Shown piece by piece: positions 58,633-64,000 of a stretch of DNA of 64,000 bases. The notes under the pieces were generated by a model that had not been told where the DNA came from, searched no databases, and worked only from the letters and a program-made list of their open reading frames with translations. Each line of letters begins with the position of its first letter. The stretch's first letter is position 1. Both the position numbers and the translations under genes were made by a program. The DNA comes from Parvibaculum sp. (lineage in GTDB: Bacteria > Pseudomonadota > Alphaproteobacteria > Parvibaculales > Parvibaculaceae), in the NCBI GenBank assembly GCA_002695905.1, contig NZQM01000204.1:830-64829 (forward strand). The letters run 5' to 3'.

Positions 58633-58653
58633 GTAGCTGCAGGTTAAATGGTC

Positions 58654-58676
58654 AGGGCGGTCCAGTGGACCGCCCT
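58654..58676. terminator. Hairpin between convergent mlaC and ettA
   Basis: AGGGCGGTCC-AGT-GGACCGCCCT perfect 10-bp stem. Confidence 0.7.
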
Positions 58677-58686
58677 TGTTCGCTGC

Positions 58687-60348
58687 CTAATCGTTCCGCG
58701 AGAACCGTTTATATTTGATGCGGTGGGGAACTTCTGCTTCAGCCCCCAACCGTCGTTTTCGGTCTTGCTCATAGTCCGCATAGTTACCCTCAAACCACTC
58801 CACGTGGCTGTCGCCCTCAAAGGCGAGCATATGCGTCGCGATACGATCCAGGAACCAGCGGTCATGGCTGATGACCACAGCGCATCCTGCAAAATCAATC
58901 AACGCATCTTCGAGCGCCCGGAGCGTATCAACATCCAAATCATTCGTCGGCTCATCGAGCAGCAGCAGATTAGCGCCCGACTTAAGCATTTTGGCCAGAT
59001 GCACACGGTTGCGTTCCCCGCCTGAGAGCTGCCCTACCTTTTTCTGCTGGTCCCCGCCTTTGAAATTAAAGGCGCCCACATACGCACGGCTCGGCATGGT
59101 TTGTTTGCCAAGCTCAATCACATCTGTGCCACCTGAGATTTCCTCCCAGACATTTTTGTCGGGATCAAGCGCGTCGCGACTTTGGTCCACATACCCGAGC
59201 GTTACCGTGTCGCCGATCCGGATCGCACCACCATCTGGTTGCTCATCGCCTGTGAGCATCTTGAAGAGCGTAGATTTACCCGCACCGTTGGCGCCAATAA
59301 CACCAACAATACCACCAGGTGGCAGCTCGAAGCTCAAATCATCAATAAGCAATCGATCCCCAAAGCCTTTGTTGAGATGGTCGGCCTCAATCACAACACC
59401 CCCAAGGCGTTCTGCAACAGGAATAACGATCTGAGCTTTCCCGTTCTGCTCCTTACCAGCTGCTTCAAGCAGATCGTCATAGGCTCGAATACGCGCCTTG
59501 CTCTTTGCCTGCCGGGCCTTGGGCGATTGTCGAATCCACTCCAGTTCGCGAGACAGCGTACGTTCCCGTGATGCCTCGTCTCGGCCCTCCTGCTCCAAAC
59601 GTTTCTGCTTCTGTTCAAGCCAGGAGGAATAGTTCCCCTCGTAGGGAATACCGCGACCGCGATCGATCTCGAGTATCCACCCGGTCACCTGATCAAGGAA
59701 GTATCGATCATGGGTCACCAGAACAATCGTGCCCGCATAGTTGACAAGATAGTTCTGCAACCAGGCAACGGATTCAGCATCCAAATGGTTGGTTGGCTCA
59801 TCGAGCAGCAGAATGTCCGGCGCCGCGAGCAACAACTGGCAAAGCGCAACACGGCGACGCTCACCGCCAGAGAGTTTGGTTACATCCGCATCCCCCTCTG
59901 GGCACCGCAAGGCGTCCATCGCCATTTCGATCTGGCTATCCAGATCCCAAAGGTTCTGCGCATCAATAATGTCCTGAAGCCGCGCCATCTCTTCCGCGGT
60001 TTCGTCAGAATAGTTCATGGCAAGCTCATTATACTTGTCAAGCATCGCACGCTGTTCAGCGACGCCATTCATCACATTTCCCAGCACGTCCTTTTCCGGG
60101 TCCAGCTCGGGCTCTTGCGCGAGGTACCCCACCTTTGCGCCTTCAGCCGCCCAGGCTTCCCCAGTGAATTCCTTGTCGACGCCAGCCATCACCCGCAAAA
60201 GCGTTGACTTCCCGGCGCCGTTGACACCCACAACGCCAATTTTTGCCCCGGGCAGGAATGACAGACGGATATCGCTGAACACCTGCTTGCCGCCGGGATA
60301 CGTCTTGGACAATCCATCCATGACATAGACATATTGGTAGGACGCCAT
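58687..60348 (-). CDS. ettA: ABC-F energy-dependent translational throttle protein
   Basis: Two ABC domains without TM segments; [16 protein letters not shown] linker; [10 protein letters not shown]. Confidence 0.96.
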   Translation of the reverse strand: MASYQYVYVMDGLSKTYPGGKQVFSDIRLSFLPGAKIGVVGVNGAGKSTLLRVMAGVDKEFTGEAWAAEGAKVGYLAQEPELDPEKDVLGNVMNGVAEQRAMLDKYNELAMNYSDETAEEMARLQDIIDAQNLWDLDSQIEMAMDALRCPEGDADVTKLSGGERRRVALCQLLLAAPDILLLDEPTNHLDAESVAWLQNYLVNYAGTIVLVTHDRYFLDQVTGWILEIDRGRGIPYEGNYSSWLEQKQKRLEQEGRDEASRERTLSRELEWIRQSPKARQAKSKARIRAYDDLLEAAGKEQNGKAQIVIPVAERLGGVVIEADHLNKGFGDRLLIDDLSFELPPGGIVGVIGANGAGKSTLFKMLTGDEQPDGGAIRIGDTVTLGYVDQSRDALDPDKNVWEEISGGTDVIELGKQTMPSRAYVGAFNFKGGDQQKKVGQLSGGERNRVHLAKMLKSGANLLLLDEPTNDLDVDTLRALEDALIDFAGCAVVISHDRWFLDRIATHMLAFEGDSHVEWFEGNYADYEQDRKRRLGAEAEVPHRIKYKRFSRND

Positions 60349-60432
60349 TTATTCACCTCTTAAGAACCAGTTTTGCGGCCCACTCATAAACGATTAACCA
60401 GATTACGACAACGCGTGTCTGGCACCAGCGCG

Positions 60433-60448
60433 TTAGGCACTGATTAAC
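60433..60448. promoter_or_regulatory. CtrA-like box (one mismatch)
   Basis: TTAG-GCACTGA-TTAAC versus consensus TTAA-N7-TTAAC. Confidence 0.4.
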
Positions 60449-60501
60449 AGCCCCTGCCTACTCTTATTCACATCCGGGTGGGGATATAACTGGGTGATGA
60501 T

Positions 60502-61545
60502 GTGTTCAACATCATAAAATGGAATAAGTCGCGTAGCGACCATGGCCGATCTGCGGCGGCGGCAGCCGTTGGCCCGCGCGAAACCGCTAGCGCCATCGCA
60601 AATGCGCTCCAATACGGCATCTATGGTGTTGCGGTTTGGGACCAACATTTCAACCTCATTACGGCCAATCGGCAATATGCTGACCTCCACAAGATACCCA
60701 GCACCCTCCTGACGCCAGGGTCAAACCTGCTTTCGATCATGCACAATCTGAAAGTCCGCGGTGTTCTGTCATCAGAAACAGATCCAGACACGCTAATGGA
60801 GCTCATTCAATCCACGCTGTTGGAGACCGGACAACTCACGTCTTACATAAGGTTTTCAGACGAGACGATTTTGGAGATCTCAGCAGAACGGACATCAAAC
60901 GGCGATACAGTGGCGTTCCTTCGAAATGCGACGCGGGACAAAATGCTCACCAGCCAAGCCCGTGTAGCGGAGAAGAAAGCAGAAGCCTATTCCGATGCCA
61001 TCGCCAACTTCCCACTCTCTGCAAGCAAAAGGTCATTCACTGGACATCCTCAAGAGATCGATCAAATCACGTGCAGCGTAGCCTCCTTGCTGCAAGTTGA
61101 CTGGTGTGTTGTCTGGACCAGAAGTACCATTCTAAATGAGGCGACTGCTGCCAGCGCCTATCAAAACGCCACCGGCAAGCACGTCGAAATTGAAAATCTC
61201 GTGCTGCCCGATCTTGCCGCGTATCTTGCGGTGTTAGAGACCTCCAGGGTGATTGCCATTGGCGATCTCGACAAACACGCTTTCGGTGAAGCGCATGGCA
61301 ATCGAGCACCCCTTGACGACTATGCCTATGCGTCACTCGACACACCATTCCGCCAGAATGGGCGCATCATGGGTGTGCTGAGCTGCATCGACACGAAAAG
61401 CGCTAGAAACTGGTCCGCCACCGACAAAATGTTTGCCATGTCAGCTGCCGCTCACATTGGTAATCTGATAAGCACCACAGAACAAAGCAACCTTTGGGAG
61501 CTACCAACCGGTGAAATAGATGCCGGTCGCCAGGCCGCCGAGTAG
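60502..61545 (+). CDS. PAS plus GAF domain protein with no recognisable output domain
   Basis: GVAVWD...LITANRQY...PG PAS pattern; then ASLDTPFRQNGRIMGVLSC...RNWS GAF pattern. Confidence 0.75.
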   Translation: MFNIIKWNKSRSDHGRSAAAAAVGPRETASAIANALQYGIYGVAVWDQHFNLITANRQYADLHKIPSTLLTPGSNLLSIMHNLKVRGVLSSETDPDTLMELIQSTLLETGQLTSYIRFSDETILEISAERTSNGDTVAFLRNATRDKMLTSQARVAEKKAEAYSDAIANFPLSASKRSFTGHPQEIDQITCSVASLLQVDWCVVWTRSTILNEATAASAYQNATGKHVEIENLVLPDLAAYLAVLETSRVIAIGDLDKHAFGEAHGNRAPLDDYAYASLDTPFRQNGRIMGVLSCIDTKSARNWSATDKMFAMSAAAHIGNLISTTEQSNLWELPTGEIDAGRQAAE

Positions 61546-62499
61546 GACCACCCAGGCGGAGAAATTCGTCCAGAGCGCTTTCTGCGAGGCTTTCTTTTCA
61601 CTCCATGTGCGAGGCGAAATGCTCTTCGCAACAAAGACAATCTGAGCGGCCAGGTTGATACAGACAATGTTGACCGCGAGCAGAATGGCCGCCCCGCCCG
61701 CTGACTTCATATCACCACTCCCCAGCATCAAACCCAGCACCACGGCAGGCGGCATAATCGCAACAGCAACCATCACCCCAACTAATGCGCTTGAAAGGCC
61801 CGTCGTCAGTGAGAACACGGCTGCCGCGCCCGCTGCCAGCGCCAACGCAATAGCCTCATAACCCGCAAAGGTCCGCGACGTAATCTCCACTGAGAGAAAA
61901 GGACCTCCGAGAAATTTACCCAGAACCATCGCAAAGAAGATGGCCAGACCAAGCCCTGCAATATTGGTGACCATGGCCCTGCGCATCAGATCCTGCTTGC
62001 CCAATGCGACCCCAAATGCAAACGCCAGATTGGGCCCGAGCAGCGGGGCAATCACCATCGCGCCGATCAGCGCGGCCACATTATCCGCAATCAGACCAAC
62101 TGCAGAGACGATCCCCGACAGCACAACCAGGACGAGAAAGTCAGCATTGAGCTCAGCCCCTTTTTCCACCGATTGCAGAATTTCTTCGCGAGGAGCCGAC
62201 CGTCCGCGAAAACTGAAGGTTCGGGCTTCCGGGTCCTTCTCAGGCTTTCCCTGGTCCGGCGCGACAACGGCTTCGACAGGGAGGATCGTCAAACGCCAAT
62301 GCGCGTCCTTCCCCATCGCTCTGTGAGTGGCATCAATGATCATCTGAACGACGTTTGTCTCACAGACGATCCGGACAAGGCAGCGATCATCTTCGCCAAG
62401 CTCTGCATAGATATCTTCGCCTCCATGCTGCTCCCCAAGCGCGGCAAGCGTCGGCGCATAGCCGCTGGGAGCAGTGATTTCGACTTGGCGTTTGGGCAC
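61501..62499 (-). CDS. TIGR00341/DUF389 family membrane protein
   Basis: IGAMVIAPLLGP, LVGVMVAVAIMPP, NIVCINLA; GGAGG RBS. Confidence 0.9.
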   Translation of the reverse strand: MPKRQVEITAPSGYAPTLAALGEQHGGEDIYAELGEDDRCLVRIVCETNVVQMIIDATHRAMGKDAHWRLTILPVEAVVAPDQGKPEKDPEARTFSFRGRSAPREEILQSVEKGAELNADFLVLVVLSGIVSAVGLIADNVAALIGAMVIAPLLGPNLAFAFGVALGKQDLMRRAMVTNIAGLGLAIFFAMVLGKFLGGPFLSVEITSRTFAGYEAIALALAAGAAAVFSLTTGLSSALVGVMVAVAIMPPAVVLGLMLGSGDMKSAGGAAILLAVNIVCINLAAQIVFVAKSISPRTWSEKKASQKALWTNFSAWVVLLGGLATGIYFTGW

Positions 62500-62830
62500 T
62501 TAAGACCTCCGATTCTTCTGCACCACAGCCTATCAGAGGAAAATTTCGTCGCCCATGGGGGGCCGCAATCGTGTCAGGAAGGAGCCGAATGCTGCTCGAG
62601 CAGTTGCGCCCATCCGACACGGCCAGTTTCATAGGAAAAATCATCGCCGAAAAGCTGGCTCTGCCAGTTCGCCGCCATTCCCGCATAACTGCTGCGACAG
62701 CATCTCGCACAGGTCCAGGGCACACGCACGGCCGATCGCAAACGGCGTGCCGGTGACGCAGCGCCTTTGTTTCTGGAAGGCTCGCCCTTACCTGAATCCT
62801 CGCGCCCTCACCCTAAAAACAAGGCTGGAA

Positions 62831-62843
62831 AATCAAGCGGTTA
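62831..62843 (+). promoter_or_regulatory. IHF consensus site next to the tRNA 3' end
   Basis: AATCAA-GCGG-TTA matches WATCAANNNNTTR exactly. Confidence 0.45.
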
Positions 62844-62863
62844 GATAACGCCGTTTTGGTGTT

Positions 62864-62940
62864 TGGTGGGCCCGGCAGGACTCGAACCTGCGACCAAACC
62901 GTTATGAGCGGTTCGCTCTAACCAACTGAGCTACAGGCCC
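62864..62940 (-). tRNA. tRNA with CAU anticodon, most likely tRNA-Ile2 (lysidine-modified)
   Basis: GGGCCTGTAGCTCAGTTGGTTAGAGC...AACCG-CTCATAA-CGGTT...GGTTCGAGTCC...GGGCCCACCA; paired G1-C72 (not an initiator); Ile2-like acceptor stem; encoded CCA. Confidence 0.93.
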
Positions 62941-63059
62941 TCCGAATGTGGGTATATCAGAACCTGAGCGCTTGCCAAACTGCTGAACTGCCCCAATTTC
63001 GACCCAATCCCCCGCCAGAGTGACCCTGCGCATGAAGCATAGGCTCAGGAGCAAGATCA

Positions 63060-63797
63060 ATGCCTCACTCAACCGCCAAAACACCTGCCATCGGGCGTAG
63101 CCAATGGCTCATCATGGGCCTTGGAGTCCTTGTGGCCCTGGGCCTTTTCACCCACGCCGCCAAAGCAGAGGAAATTCAGCGCACCATTACAATCACTGGT
63201 CAGGGACAGGTGTCCGTAAAGCCAGACCTCGCCATCGTAGAAACAGGCGTGGTCACTCAGGCCAAAACCGCTGCCGAAGCGCTTACCGCCAATACTCAAG
63301 CGATGCAGGCCGTCTTCGACGCAATCAAAGAGCTTGGCATTGAAGATCGAGATATGCGCACGTCCCAGTTCTCTGTGAATGCCATTCATACGCGGCCAGA
63401 GCGTGGCGAAGCATCACGCATTAGCGGCTACCAGGTCTCAAACCTCGTCTCCATCACGCTCCGTAACCTCGACAGGGTTGGCGAAGTGATGGACCGGGTC
63501 GTCTCAACGGGCTCGAACGAACTGCGCGGTATTCGCTTCCAGGTTGAAAAGCCGGGCCCGCTGATGGATGGTGCCCGCGAAGACGCTGTTAAAGACGCGC
63601 TCCGCAAAGCGAAAATCTATGTCGCTGCTGCGGGCGTGGCGCTTGGGCCCGTGCTCACCATCAACGAACATGGTGGTGGCGGACGGCCTCAGCCAGTCTT
63701 CGCCCGTGCCATGGCCATGGAAGCAGCTGATGTGCCCATTGCAGCCGGTGAGCAGACACTTTCAACAAGCGTGACGCTTGTGATTGGCCTCGAATAG
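63060..63797 (+). CDS. SIMPL (DUF541) domain periplasmic protein
   Basis: Signal peptide; ITITGQGQVSVKPDLA, GYQVSN, AVKDALRKAKIY, PIAAGEQ. Confidence 0.92.
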   Translation: MPHSTAKTPAIGRSQWLIMGLGVLVALGLFTHAAKAEEIQRTITITGQGQVSVKPDLAIVETGVVTQAKTAAEALTANTQAMQAVFDAIKELGIEDRDMRTSQFSVNAIHTRPERGEASRISGYQVSNLVSITLRNLDRVGEVMDRVVSTGSNELRGIRFQVEKPGPLMDGAREDAVKDALRKAKIYVAAAGVALGPVLTINEHGGGGRPQPVFARAMAMEAADVPIAAGEQTLSTSVTLVIGLE

Positions 63798-63831
63798 ACG
63801 CGCCTAAGCAAACGCCTCAAAACAGAACAGC

Positions 63832-64000
63832 TTAAGCGGCCCGCGAGTGGCCGCTTTTGTTTGTAGTGGACGCAACGCTGTTATCGTCATTCATCTGCAG
63901 CACGGTAGGCTCAAACTTCTCGGCTTCTGCCGCATCCATCTGGCCAAACGCGCAAATGATCACCAGATCTCCTGGCTCCGCGCGACGCGCCGCAGCGCCG
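63832..64000 (-). CDS. panD: Aspartate 1-decarboxylase, C-terminal part (truncated by the window edge)
   Basis: Own translation of the minus strand: GAAARRAEPGDLVIICAFGQMDAAEAEKFEPTV...; TAA at 63832-63834. Confidence 0.85.
   Translation of the reverse strand, partial: GAAARRAEPGDLVIICAFGQMDAAEAEKFEPTVLQMNDDNSVASTTNKSGHSRAA
63834..63862 (+). terminator. Intrinsic terminator for the SIMPL gene, overlapping the panD 3' end
   Basis: AAGCGGCC-loop-GGCCGCTT followed by TTGTTT. Confidence 0.6.

Noticed and set aside
62902..63084. 60-aa minus-strand ORF
   Set aside because: Overlaps the tRNA gene; not protein-like

Overview
GC-rich alphaproteobacterial chromosome segment. Gene order and protein style suggest a Hyphomicrobiales/Parvibaculales-like organism (inference only). 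The core is a complete minus-strand dcw cluster (mraZ-rsmH-ftsL-ftsI-murE-murF-mraY-murD-ftsW-murG-murC-murB-ddl-ftsQ-ftsA-ftsZ) followed by lpxC-bamD-recN-ligA and preceded by rnpB. Left flank: partial fumC, an RHH protein, asmA, DUF4169, a CoA-transferase, TetR, a haloalkane dehalogenase with a twin-arginine signal, an FAD D-2-hydroxyacid oxidoreductase, a coupled thioesterase/pentapeptide-repeat/ClC trio, uvrD, prmA and aminopeptidase P. Right flank: an orphan VasI/TagO-like gene, amidase, EamA transporter, DjlA-like protein, 5-oxoprolinase, a SahR-metF-split metH operon, mlaA/mlaC, ettA, an output-less PAS-GAF protein, TIGR00341, tRNA-Ile2(CAU), SIMPL and partial panD. No transposase, integrase, prophage or CRISPR array was seen. 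Best leads: the Tat-exported dehalogenase with its own operators; an alphaproteobacterial LexA box and a five-unit inverted MraZ array upstream of the dcw cluster; the orphan VasI/TagO-like gene; the non-canonical ClC with a secreted pentapeptide partner; and the PAS-GAF gene with a CtrA-like box. All family assignments come from motif recognition, not database searches.
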